In this document: piece after piece, positions 19,993-29,036 of the stretch
Numbering within the stretch: the first letter of the stretch is position 1
Layout: the number at the start of each line of letters is the position of its first letter
From: an uncultured virus (IMG/VR IMGVR_UViG_3300034812_000685)
Lineage: Duplodnaviria; Heunggongvirae; Uroviricota; Caudoviricetes
Virus record (IMG/VR): IMGVR_UViG_3300034812_000685
DNA length: 64,000 nucleotides
Direction: 5' to 3' (one strand)
Made by a program: the position numbers and the translations under genes
Notes under the pieces: model-generated
The model's input: the letters and a program-made list of their open reading frames with translations, nothing else
Told to the model about the DNA's origin: nothing
Database searches by the model: none

Positions 19993-21822
19993 GTGTCCGC
20001 ACATTTCAACGCCCTGACTGGGCAGTTTGTGCTCAGTGAGCAGCTGATTCCTACTGGCAAGAGTCAGCACTATGACCTGCAGAGCGGCAATATCGTCTTT
20101 GCCGATTTTCTGGTACCGAAGCTTGGCAAGACACTGTTCGATGACGCCGCGCTGGATCTAAACTTTGCCGGAAACAAGAGTCTGACTGACAGTGTCAGCG
20201 GCAATAACCTTATCACGTTTACCCGCGCCAGCAGCGGAACGTTTGTCGGTGCAGATGGTCTGATTAAGACTACGCCGGTTAATATTTTGCTATACAGCGA
20301 GCAGATGAATGAATGGATCGTCGGCAACGGAAGTAGTGTTACAGCAAACCAAGCTGTAGCACCCGACGGTACAAACACAGCTGATCGCGTTCAACACGGT
20401 AGCGGTGGATCGTCTTGGATTCGGCAAGACATTTTGACCGCTGGCACAACTTATACGGCTTCTGTCTATGCAAAAGCTGTGACCCCTGGCACCAGTAATC
20501 AGTTTACTTTTGACATTGGCGGTTTAAGCAGTGTTTTCACTGCGACAAACGAATGGCAGCGATTCACATTTACGGGCACAGCATCTAATGCATCTTTTTA
20601 TTTAAACAACGGTGATGACAGCTTTGCGACTGACGTTTATTTTTGGGGCGCACAAGTAGAAGAAGGTTCAGTTGCAACTGACTACATCCCCACCGGAAGT
20701 ACAATTTCTGGCGCTCCCCGCTTTGACCATGACCCTGTAACTAATGCAAGCCTTGGGCTGTTGATCGAAGAAGCAAGAACCAACAAAATTGCTAACAACT
20801 GGTCTTTAAGTAACACTGCTTCAGGCTTAACTTTATCTGAAGACACTTCTATCTCGAATCCTGACGGGACAACAGGCGCGATCAAAATGTTAGCGGCTTC
20901 GGGTAGCTCAAGACACGATGTTCAAATACAATCAGCATCTGAAACCACTAATCATGCACACAGTGTTTTTGTAAAGAAAGGCAATCATCGTTATATTGGA
21001 TTCTGTCAAGGCGGAACGGCTAATAATATTTACGCTATTTTTGACACTGATACAAAGACTATAACTAGAGATGGTGCTCATAACAACGCCACCTTAGTTT
21101 CTTCTGGGGTTAAAGAATACGGTAATGGTTGGTTTCGTATACATGTAGTTGGTTTCACCTCTGGCACTACGTTGCGTGTTTTCCTAGCTGGCGGTGCTTC
21201 TCAGGCTGGTTTTAAAAGCTGGAGTGCCACGGGTAATGAGTTTGCCTACACCTGGGGTCCACAAAAAGAATTTGGCGATTTCCCAGCTTCCTTTATACCT
21301 ACCTCCGGTTCTTCCGTGACCCGTGCGGCTGACGTTGTTGAGATCACTGGCACTAACTTCAGCAGCTTCTATAATTCGAGTGAGGGTACGATTTACTCTG
21401 AGGTTGCGTTTGCTGGAATAGACAACAGTAGCTTTCCTCGTGTTTATCAATTTGGAGATGAATCAGCAAGCGACAGTTATCACAGGTTGATCATAGACAG
21501 CTCTGCAGCGCCCTTCCATTTAGATGCTAGCACCAACATAACTGCTAGTGGCACTCAGGCATCATTTAACTCAAATACAGTCACTATTGGGCAGGCTGTT
21601 AAAACTGCCTATGCCTATAAGGCCAATGATTTTAAAGTTGACTACAGCGTAGACTCTTCTGGGGCATCCGCTGATACTAGCGGCGCAGTTCCAGCCGGAA
21701 TTGACGAGCTACTGATTGGTAATCGCCCAAATGGCAGTGCACCTCTTACTGGGCATATTAAGCGTCTTGCTTTCTTCTCTGTTAGGAAGACTGACGAAGA
21801 ACTCGAGGAGCTGACCAGCTGA
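19993..21822 (+). CDS. virion fibre/spike protein with carbohydrate-binding-like domains
   Basis: TFTRASSGT, APDGTNTAD, WGAQVEEG, GLLIEEARTN and SFIPTSGSSVTRAAD motifs. Confidence 0.75.
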   Translation: MSAHFNALTGQFVLSEQLIPTGKSQHYDLQSGNIVFADFLVPKLGKTLFDDAALDLNFAGNKSLTDSVSGNNLITFTRASSGTFVGADGLIKTTPVNILLYSEQMNEWIVGNGSSVTANQAVAPDGTNTADRVQHGSGGSSWIRQDILTAGTTYTASVYAKAVTPGTSNQFTFDIGGLSSVFTATNEWQRFTFTGTASNASFYLNNGDDSFATDVYFWGAQVEEGSVATDYIPTGSTISGAPRFDHDPVTNASLGLLIEEARTNKIANNWSLSNTASGLTLSEDTSISNPDGTTGAIKMLAASGSSRHDVQIQSASETTNHAHSVFVKKGNHRYIGFCQGGTANNIYAIFDTDTKTITRDGAHNNATLVSSGVKEYGNGWFRIHVVGFTSGTTLRVFLAGGASQAGFKSWSATGNEFAYTWGPQKEFGDFPASFIPTSGSSVTRAADVVEITGTNFSSFYNSSEGTIYSEVAFAGIDNSSFPRVYQFGDESASDSYHRLIIDSSAAPFHLDASTNITASGTQASFNSNTVTIGQAVKTAYAYKANDFKVDYSVDSSGASADTSGAVPAGIDELLIGNRPNGSAPLTGHIKRLAFFSVRKTDEELEELTS

Positions 21823-22172
21823 TGTTTTGTTACCGCTTTCCCGACCGCGAAACCTTCCTGGGACTGTGCGATACTCTTGGATGGCTCTCAGTAATTACCG
21901 ATGAGTCTCCAGAGGCCACTTTAATCGCCTACACGTCCGATCGCGCCATCGACGAGGTTGGCTCTATTGAGGTGACCCCAGGTGCCTATGACGAGGAAGG
22001 AAATGAATTGACTCCTCCAGTCATGGACACGCGCCACCATGTGAACTTTATCGGCGAGCATCCTGCAGAGTTTGATGCGTACCTCATTTTGGTCAATAGT
22101 CCTTACAGGCAGTTTGCTGGCAGCAGTGGTCCAAGTGCTGACCCCAACGCCCCTGTCGAGCCAGGAGAGTAA
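21822..22172 (+). CDS. fibre-associated small protein
   Basis: TGATG coupling; TPGAYDEEGNELTPP motif typical of fibre partner genes. Confidence 0.65.
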   Translation: MFCYRFPDRETFLGLCDTLGWLSVITDESPEATLIAYTSDRAIDEVGSIEVTPGAYDEEGNELTPPVMDTRHHVNFIGEHPAEFDAYLILVNSPYRQFAGSSGPSADPNAPVEPGE

Positions 22173-22225
22173 ATCGGCATACTACTACTTTTTTTGTCTT
22201 TAAACTGAATAAGTTCCAATTCGTC

Positions 22226-22825
22226 ATGACTGAATATATCGTTTGGGTTGGTGGCAAGCATCCCTGGGACAGTTGTTATCAATCAGAAGTTGGTGGAGTA
22301 AAGCTCACCTTAGAGCAAAAAGCAAAATACTTCGAGGAAGATGAGGATGGATTCATTATTTTTAATGCTGATGTCATTTCTGAGCAAACAGACTGGCGCA
22401 ACGAAGGGGCAGAATTACCTACATGGGATACGATTACAGACGGAAGTATTGGATGGGGTGCATACACAGATCAATTGCTGGGAGTATGTAAAACCGATGA
22501 CGAAGACAATCCTATTTACTTAAGGGACGTCAGGGATTGCCCGATAAGAACTTATGCAGAGCCAAGAATTGAAAACGAAGATGATGTATATATTTTTTAT
22601 AACAGCAATGAAAAAGGAAACTTTTTAGGTACTTTCGAGCTGCCTGATGGAGAAGTGTTTGATTCTAAAAAGCTGATTGTTGAGACGACCCTGGTAATCG
22701 ATGAGTTTGAAATTGTCACTGACGTTATTTATGCGGGGCAAGCTTTATGCATGAGTGGCGATACTGTTGGAAAAGGAGTTGATTGGTATGTGTATTACAA
22801 AGGAAATGCAACTTCTTTTAAATAA
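22226..22825 (+). CDS. acidic hypothetical protein (possible moron)
   Basis: 199-aa D/E-rich ORF inserted among head genes. Confidence 0.6.
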   Translation: MTEYIVWVGGKHPWDSCYQSEVGGVKLTLEQKAKYFEEDEDGFIIFNADVISEQTDWRNEGAELPTWDTITDGSIGWGAYTDQLLGVCKTDDEDNPIYLRDVRDCPIRTYAEPRIENEDDVYIFYNSNEKGNFLGTFELPDGEVFDSKKLIVETTLVIDEFEIVTDVIYAGQALCMSGDTVGKGVDWYVYYKGNATSFK

Positions 22826-22905
22826 TGGTAATATAAAATGTAGCGCCATTCGCTTCATCTCTCTACGAGAAGGTTTAGGCGCACTTACTTAACCAGAGGT
22901 TCCAA

Positions 22906-23256
22906 ATGGCTCAACGTTCAACTCAGATTTTCCCACGCGAAGGTTTTAACCTGGACGATTCGGCGAAAATCACCGCTACCGCAACTGGTACTGATGCTCC
23001 TGTCACCTTGACTGCCATCAAGACTATCCGCGTTATTGTTATCGGTGCATCCGGTATTGATAATGCTGGCACCAACAAGATCACCGTCACCCTTGGCGGT
23101 CAAGACGTGGTCTTTAATGCTGCTGACCTTGATCGCAACGGTGTGGGTATTGCCCATGTCCGTGGCGCTCTGTGTGATGCAGATGACAACGACGCTTACG
23201 TCACCCTTGGCGGCACCGCTGCTCACAATGGTGTGTTCCTGGAACTGGTCGACTGA
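22906..23256 (+). CDS. putative capsid decoration/minor head protein
   Basis: Highly expressed-type codon usage like the capsid gene; own promoter motif and terminator. Confidence 0.55.
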   Translation: MAQRSTQIFPREGFNLDDSAKITATATGTDAPVTLTAIKTIRVIVIGASGIDNAGTNKITVTLGGQDVVFNAADLDRNGVGIAHVRGALCDADDNDAYVTLGGTAAHNGVFLELVD

Positions 23257-23280
23257 TCGATCTTTTAACTTGGAATACTA

Positions 23281-23307
23281 GGGGGATCTTCAGGGTCCCC
23301 TTTTTTT
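23281..23307 (+). terminator. intrinsic terminator
   Basis: GGGGGATC-TTCAG-GGTCCCCT followed by a T run. Confidence 0.75.
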
Positions 23308-23312
23308 GTGAT

Positions 23313-23687
23313 ATGGCACATCTTAAAAAGCAGCCAACTTGGTTTGTAAAAAACGGAGAACGTCGTAAGGCATTTTTTACCGTTGAGGCTCGTGAACTGA
23401 TTACTAACGGCTGGAAAGAAGAGGGGGCTAAGGCAGAGCCAGCACCACCGTCAAAGCCATTGCCAGAAATTTTGGTTGAAGCAGGCACCGATGCTTTTGA
23501 TGATGATTCTGTAAAAGATTCAATTGGTGAAATGCTTGAAGAAATGACTAAGGCTGAATTGATTGAGTGGGCTGCTGAAAACGGCTCTACAGATATCAAT
23601 CCATATTCAACAAAATCTGTGATTTTTGCAAAGTGCAAAGAACTTGAAGCTCAGCTAGAAGCTGAAGAGGGGTTGAAAGATGACTGA
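23313..23687 (+). CDS. hypothetical protein with C-terminal helix-extension-helix (Rho-N/HeH-like) motif
   Basis: LEEMTKAELIEWAAENG...TKSVI. Confidence 0.55.
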   Translation: MAHLKKQPTWFVKNGERRKAFFTVEARELITNGWKEEGAKAEPAPPSKPLPEILVEAGTDAFDDDSVKDSIGEMLEEMTKAELIEWAAENGSTDINPYSTKSVIFAKCKELEAQLEAEEGLKDD

Positions 23688-23856
23688 TGTAACTTACAGC
23701 AAAGGACCACGTTATATCGATGGTATTAATATTGACGCTGATGTAGACGCTTCTTTTCCTGTCGAGGAGGAAGTTAATATTGCAGATTCTGTCACTGGCA
23801 TGAAAGGCAAAGGGTATGAACCTGGCCAGAAAAACAAAGATGGTGGAGACCTGTAA
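23680..23856 (+). CDS. small hypothetical protein (58 aa, not in ORF track)
   Basis: MTDVTYSKGPRYIDG...DGGDL; overlaps the upstream stop and fills the gap exactly. Confidence 0.55.
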   Translation: MTDVTYSKGPRYIDGINIDADVDASFPVEEEVNIADSVTGMKGKGYEPGQKNKDGGDL

Positions 23857-23887
23857 AAAGGTAATCTAAAAATAGCATGAGAATTCC

Positions 23888-24241
23888 ATGAGCCCTGAGG
23901 TGCTGTTACCAATGGCTATTGCATCACTTTTGGGTTGGGGTGGATTCACCTGGCGTAAATCTGAAGATGCTCTTTCAAGAGCAAATAATGCGCAAGATTT
24001 AGTTGACAAGTTAGAAATTAAAATTGCAGAAAAATACGTAACCAAAGAAGAGCTTAAAGATAGCGTAAATATTGTGGCCCAAGAGTTGGCAAGAATGCGA
24101 GAGGATATCTCTCGTTCTTTTGATTTGATTAGAGAGCAAAACAAGGAATCCTATAACCAGCTGACAACAACTTTGACTCGCGTTGAAGACAAGGTTGATT
24201 ACAGGATGTCAGATGTCAACATCATTGACCGCAACCAATGA
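23888..24241 (+). CDS. membrane-anchored coiled-coil protein (possible lysis accessory)
   Basis: N-terminal hydrophobic helix followed by coiled coil with YVTKEEL. Confidence 0.55.
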   Translation: MSPEVLLPMAIASLLGWGGFTWRKSEDALSRANNAQDLVDKLEIKIAEKYVTKEELKDSVNIVAQELARMREDISRSFDLIREQNKESYNQLTTTLTRVEDKVDYRMSDVNIIDRNQ

Positions 24242-24513
24242 AAAAGTCAGCTTCCGCCAAGTTCTATGCTCGAAACCCAAAGGCTAGGGCTAAGAAGAAG
24301 GTGTACGACACAAAGTATCATTCAACAGAAGAACGTAAGCGATATAGACGAGAACTAGCCCGTAAGCGTAGATTAAAAAAGATCATGGGTAAAGGCGGTA
24401 AAGACGTAAGTCATACAAAAGGAGGCGGTACAAAACTCGAAGCAAAAAGCAAGAATCGTGCTCGTAACGGTTCAAACGGCAAATCTACCAAAGCACCCAG
24501 GACAAGAAAATGA
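24238..24513 (+). CDS. basic protein with degenerate HNH-like motif
   Basis: K/R-rich; GKDVSH...NRARNG. Confidence 0.6.
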   Translation: MKKSASAKFYARNPKARAKKKVYDTKYHSTEERKRYRRELARKRRLKKIMGKGGKDVSHTKGGGTKLEAKSKNRARNGSNGKSTKAPRTRK

Positions 24514-24914
24514 GCACTGCAACCAAGACAAAACCATCACTTTGGAAAAGCAAGGTAGCTGCGGCTAAACGTAAGTTTGGCAAATGGTCAGGTCGTGCTG
24601 CTCAGTGGGCAACGCGTGAATACAAGAAAGCCGGCGGCGGATACAGGGGGTCTAAATCTTCTGGTAATTCATTGTCACGCTGGTCTAAGCAGAAATGGCG
24701 CACTCGTGATGGCAAAAAGGCTGCACGGACTGACAGAAAAGGCCGCAAGGTTACGGCGAGATATCTTCCCGACAAGGCCTGGAAATCAATGAGCAAGTCA
24801 GAGGCACGAGCTACAGACGCCAAAAAACGAGCAGGTAGCCGTCGCGGCAAAGGTGCTGTCTCCAACACCCGTAAAGCCAAGGCTGCTGGCCGCAGGGCTC
24901 GGAACTCTAACTAA
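24510..24914 (+). CDS. highly basic protein (DUF5872-like)
   Basis: GKWSGRAAQ...EYKKAGGGY...SLSRWSKQKWRT...RYLP. Confidence 0.7.
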   Translation: MSTATKTKPSLWKSKVAAAKRKFGKWSGRAAQWATREYKKAGGGYRGSKSSGNSLSRWSKQKWRTRDGKKAARTDRKGRKVTARYLPDKAWKSMSKSEARATDAKKRAGSRRGKGAVSNTRKAKAAGRRARNSN

Positions 24915-24929
24915 GAAACAACTATGAGC

Positions 24930-25034
24930 ATGCCTCTCGTCAGTGGTCAAAAATTCCCTTACACCAAAAAAGGTAAGGCTGCAGCTGCTAAAGCCAAAAA
25001 GAAAAAGAAGTCCTACAAGAAAGGAAAGAAGTAA
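24930..25034 (+). CDS. lysine-rich peptide (34 aa, not in ORF track)
   Basis: MPLVSGQKFPYTKKGKAAAAKAKKKKKSYKKGKK; stop abuts the next ATG. Confidence 0.6.
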   Translation: MPLVSGQKFPYTKKGKAAAAKAKKKKKSYKKGKK

Positions 25035-25328
25035 ATGGCAGCAAAGAAAAAAGATCCTCGCCTTGCTCGTGCTGGCGTTAGTGGTTACAACAAGCCAAAG
25101 CGGACGCCCTCGCATCCGACGAAATCACACGTTGTTGTTGCCAAGCAGGGCGACAAAATTAGATTGATTCGATTTGGTCAGCAGGGAGCAAAGACCGCTG
25201 GAAAACCACGCAAAGGCGAGTCTTCTCGTATGACCAAAAAACGCGCAAGTTTTAAAGCCCGCCATGCCAAAAATATTGCTAAAGGCAAAATGTCAGCGGC
25301 ATATTGGGCTAATCGTGAGAAGTGGTAA
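25035..25328 (+). CDS. highly basic protein
   Basis: GYNKPKRTPSHPTKSHVVVA...IRFGQQG...SFKARH...SAAYWA motif. Confidence 0.75.
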   Translation: MAAKKKDPRLARAGVSGYNKPKRTPSHPTKSHVVVAKQGDKIRLIRFGQQGAKTAGKPRKGESSRMTKKRASFKARHAKNIAKGKMSAAYWANREKW

Positions 25329-25378
25329 TCACTTCTTTTTACTTGCATAAGGGAAAACTGTACGCAATACCTCAATAA

Positions 25379-25504
25379 GTTCTTGCACAATTCCGTTGCC
25401 TTTTAGTGGCGTATAGGGCAAGATTTCAGAGATAACAAGCAGGACAAGACCGATGGTACTGACGAGTTCCATGAGGCGGTTTTATAAGGCAACATAGTCT
25501 GCCC
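25379..25504 (+). ncRNA. candidate structured non-coding RNA (unnamed)
   Basis: Nested stems and a possible pseudoknot in a 210-nt intergenic gap downstream of a promoter-like motif. Confidence 0.4.
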
Positions 25505-25538
25505 AGATCGGAAACCTAGTCCGAAAAATAAAGCTGCT

Positions 25539-28500
25539 ATGCCAGTCCCTACCAATCGCAATAAGATACTTCCAGCGCGAGGAAATTTTACGGATCTGGA
25601 TAGCAATAAAAGCTCTTTGCTTGATGGTGAAATTTGCTATGCGATTGATCAGGACCAATATTATCAAAAAGAGGGTGCTGTCCTTGTTTCTGTAGGCGCA
25701 ACAAAAGCACAAGGTCTTTTGGCCGATAGCGCATTGCAGTCCGGTGATAATATCTCTGTTCTAAACAATGATTCTGGTTACCTTACAAATGCGAGTCTAC
25801 AGATATCAAACGCTAATGATGTTAATTTAACCAACATTGAGGAGGATCAAGTACTGTTTTGGGATGGCACTGACTTTATCAATGGGTCTGCCCCAGTAAT
25901 GATTGAAGTCAAAAATAGCTCTGGATCAACAATCAGTAAAGGTACTCCTGTATATGTTTCTGGAACTCACACCTCCGGCAAGCCAGAAATTTCCCTTGCT
26001 GATAATGATGGTGCGTCTACACATCCGGCAATAGGCCTAGTCCATAAAGATATTGCAAATGGAGACGAGGGACATGTAACAGTTTCGGGCATGCTCTTCA
26101 ACGTAAACACTTCGTTCTCTGGATGGAGTGCTGGTGATGCGTTGTATCTGAGTGACTCCCCTGGCACTTTGACTAACGTTAGGCCAACGTTGACTGCACA
26201 AAAAGTACAAAAAGTTGCTCTTGTAACTCGTGTACATTCAACTGCTGGCAGTGTTCTTGTTATTGGTGCTGGCCGTACAAATGATATTCCCAACGATCTC
26301 GTAACCCTTACAGGCGTTAGCTTAGGTGATACTACACTAGGCACATTTACCGGCAGTACAATTTCTGATAACGAAAGCATTAAAGATGCCTTACAAACAC
26401 TAGAGACAGCCGTTGAAAATAATGCGCAACCTTCAAATGTACTAACAACAACCACTCAATTTGGTGGCGACGTTAGTGGTACCTATAACAATATTGTCAT
26501 AACTGATGGTACCGGAAGCAACTTAGATGCAGATCTCCTTGATGGTCAGCAAGGTACTTACTACTTAGATTATACAAATTTCACTAATACTCCAACTATC
26601 CCTGTCGATTCTGTTAATACCCAGACAGGCGCAGTAGTTCTTGATGCCGACGATATTGACGATGCTGCAACTTCTCATAAGTTTGTAACCGCTTCTGACG
26701 TTACCGCTTTAAGCACGCTAAGCACTGACCTGGCCGGCAAAGCTGATCTAGTTGGAGGTGTGCTTGATACCAGTCAATTGCCTGATATTGCTATCAGTGA
26801 GTACAAGGGGGCAGTTGCAAACCAGACCGCAATGCTGGCAATTAGCGGCGAAAAGGGTGACTGGGTAATTCGTAATGATGACTCAAAAGTTTATGTGATT
26901 ACTGGCAATACACCTAGTAGCGCTAGCAGTTGGACTGCACTTAGCTATCCGGCTGGATTCTCTGGGGCGTATTCCGACTTGACTGGTACCCCAACAATAC
27001 CTACGGCTACCAGTGATCTGACTAATGATTCTGGCTTTATCAGTGATATAACAACACAGACAGACCCTAAGTATCTAAGGTCCGACGCTGCTGATACATT
27101 CAGTGGTGACTTAACATCTTCAGGATCTGCAAGAATTATTCTGAAGAAAACGGACAATAACGTCTCCGATCACATCCAGTTTTTCAACGGCACCACCAGG
27201 GTTGGTGAAATTGGTTGCGAAAATAATAATTTTTTGGAGATTAATAAGGAAACCGCCAATAATATTTTCACTCCGCGTTACATCCGCGCTGATTCTGGTT
27301 TTTTTGTAGATGGTACAACTAAAGGCATTGACAGCAGCGGCAACTTTATTGGTGGCACGATTGCTGGTGCGTCTGATTATGCCGATTTAACCAACAACAC
27401 TCACACCGTCGAAGCAGCCACTAATCTTGCGGTCGGTTGGTACACAATCGCAACCAACGTAGGTGATAGAGCAGTGGCAAGATTTGGTCTTCGTGACACA
27501 AACGCTAGCGATCATCAAAGCCTTGTTTTTTATGCGTCTCACCATTATGGAAGTAATTCTGAACTAACTGTTTTACACAGCAGCAGATTTTCAGGTAGTC
27601 CGTTTAGATATATGCGAATTAAAGAGGGTGGTACGTATGACGGTGCCATGCTGCAAGTGTATATTGATGACGCTAGCAACAATGTTGGAGTTTATCTTCT
27701 TGGAGATAACTTCCAAAGTAGCGGCTGGGTGCTAAAAGACTGGGTAAGTGACGGGACTAACCCAGGCGGTTTAAACAACTTTAGTGCATTAACTAACACT
27801 GCTGTTCAGATTGATATTGACCAATTTATAGACGGGGGAATAGCAACAACTGGGAATATTTACGCAGGCGGAAACACGACCCAATACAGGGTACTTACCA
27901 CTGCTGACGAAGGTTCGGGCAACAACCTTGATGCCGACACTCTTGATGGTCAAGAAGGTTCTTATTACCTTGACTACAACAACTTTACCAATACACCAAC
28001 GATAGGTGCGAGCGCACAGCTGCAAGGATATCAGGATTATGAGGCATTAATTGACTTTGGATCAGATACTGCCGGTACGGAAAGACGGATTATAAGTGCT
28101 GCACTGGCCAATCAAATATATAGCACTATTGCTTTTCAAATTGACGTTGTCGACAATCTTTCTAATCACGCACAATCAGCAAGAGCTAGTACCAATGAAA
28201 AGTCAACTTATTATGTTTATTGCAGCAGGACAGATGCAACAAGCCTAAATTCTCCTAACAATGTTACAATCAAAGGGCCTACTTCTGGAGATTTGATCAG
28301 AGCAAGACAAATTAGTCAGGGCAATTACGAGGTAACTATTAAAAATACTTCACAATACCGAGAGTACAGAATTAGCGTCAAAGTTATCGGCGTAAATGGT
28401 AGTCATACAATAACTTATCGAAATGGAGATACTCCTTCTACAGCAACAGCTTCTTATACTTCAAGCTCATCCTCTACAAATATTGATTACTTTCAGGCAG

Positions 28501-29036
28501 TAACAGCTGATTCGTATACCGGTAATGGTTCCGCCCTAACTAATGTGGATGCTGACACTCTTGATGGAGCGCAGCCCGATGTAAATAGATCTAGCAGCAC
28601 AATTGTTCAGCGTCACTCCAACGGCTGGATCTACGCCAACTATTTCAACACAACTCCCAACGATGTTAATGACGGCAGTACCATTACTAAGGTCTGCATT
28701 GAGACTGGTAATGATGGGTTCATCCGCCATGGCTCGGCTGATGCGGTAAGAGAATTTCTGGCAGAGGAAGCTACTCTGACTAGCGCCGCTTGGGATATCT
28801 CAACCAGTAACAACTGGACCTCCAGCACCTCCTTCACGGTTGCTGCGCCATCAGGTGCCGTTAATGGATTGACTGGTTTGTTCCGTATTACCGCTGGAAC
28901 ACTGGTTTGGAATTCTGTATTCAAGTTCCCTGGCGGTTCGGCTCCAAGCATCACCTCCTACCCTGCGATCATTCCTTACTACGTGCAGGACAGTAGCAAT
29001 ATCCTTATGGGCAACGTTACCGAAGGCATTACCTAA
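25539..29036 (+). CDS. long mosaic tail fibre protein
   Basis: Mtd-N-like start (LLDGEICYAIDQ), repeated LDAD.LDG motifs, VDSVNTQTGAVVL and KYLRSDAAD fibre motifs. Confidence 0.85.
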   Translation: MPVPTNRNKILPARGNFTDLDSNKSSLLDGEICYAIDQDQYYQKEGAVLVSVGATKAQGLLADSALQSGDNISVLNNDSGYLTNASLQISNANDVNLTNIEEDQVLFWDGTDFINGSAPVMIEVKNSSGSTISKGTPVYVSGTHTSGKPEISLADNDGASTHPAIGLVHKDIANGDEGHVTVSGMLFNVNTSFSGWSAGDALYLSDSPGTLTNVRPTLTAQKVQKVALVTRVHSTAGSVLVIGAGRTNDIPNDLVTLTGVSLGDTTLGTFTGSTISDNESIKDALQTLETAVENNAQPSNVLTTTTQFGGDVSGTYNNIVITDGTGSNLDADLLDGQQGTYYLDYTNFTNTPTIPVDSVNTQTGAVVLDADDIDDAATSHKFVTASDVTALSTLSTDLAGKADLVGGVLDTSQLPDIAISEYKGAVANQTAMLAISGEKGDWVIRNDDSKVYVITGNTPSSASSWTALSYPAGFSGAYSDLTGTPTIPTATSDLTNDSGFISDITTQTDPKYLRSDAADTFSGDLTSSGSARIILKKTDNNVSDHIQFFNGTTRVGEIGCENNNFLEINKETANNIFTPRYIRADSGFFVDGTTKGIDSSGNFIGGTIAGASDYADLTNNTHTVEAATNLAVGWYTIATNVGDRAVARFGLRDTNASDHQSLVFYASHHYGSNSELTVLHSSRFSGSPFRYMRIKEGGTYDGAMLQVYIDDASNNVGVYLLGDNFQSSGWVLKDWVSDGTNPGGLNNFSALTNTAVQIDIDQFIDGGIATTGNIYAGGNTTQYRVLTTADEGSGNNLDADTLDGQEGSYYLDYNNFTNTPTIGASAQLQGYQDYEALIDFGSDTAGTERRIISAALANQIYSTIAFQIDVVDNLSNHAQSARASTNEKSTYYVYCSRTDATSLNSPNNVTIKGPTSGDLIRARQISQGNYEVTIKNTSQYREYRISVKVIGVNGSHTITYRNGDTPSTATASYTSSSSSTNIDYFQAVTADSYTGNGSALTNVDADTLDGAQPDVNRSSSTIVQRHSNGWIYANYFNTTPNDVNDGSTITKVCIETGNDGFIRHGSADAVREFLAEEATLTSAAWDISTSNNWTSSTSFTVAAPSGAVNGLTGLFRITAGTLVWNSVFKFPGGSAPSITSYPAIIPYYVQDSSNILMGNVTEGIT

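Noticed and set aside
25459..25466. CTGACGAG as a hammerhead ribozyme core
   Set aside because: No GAAA after a stem II and no matching stem III; the bases sit in an ordinary hairpin
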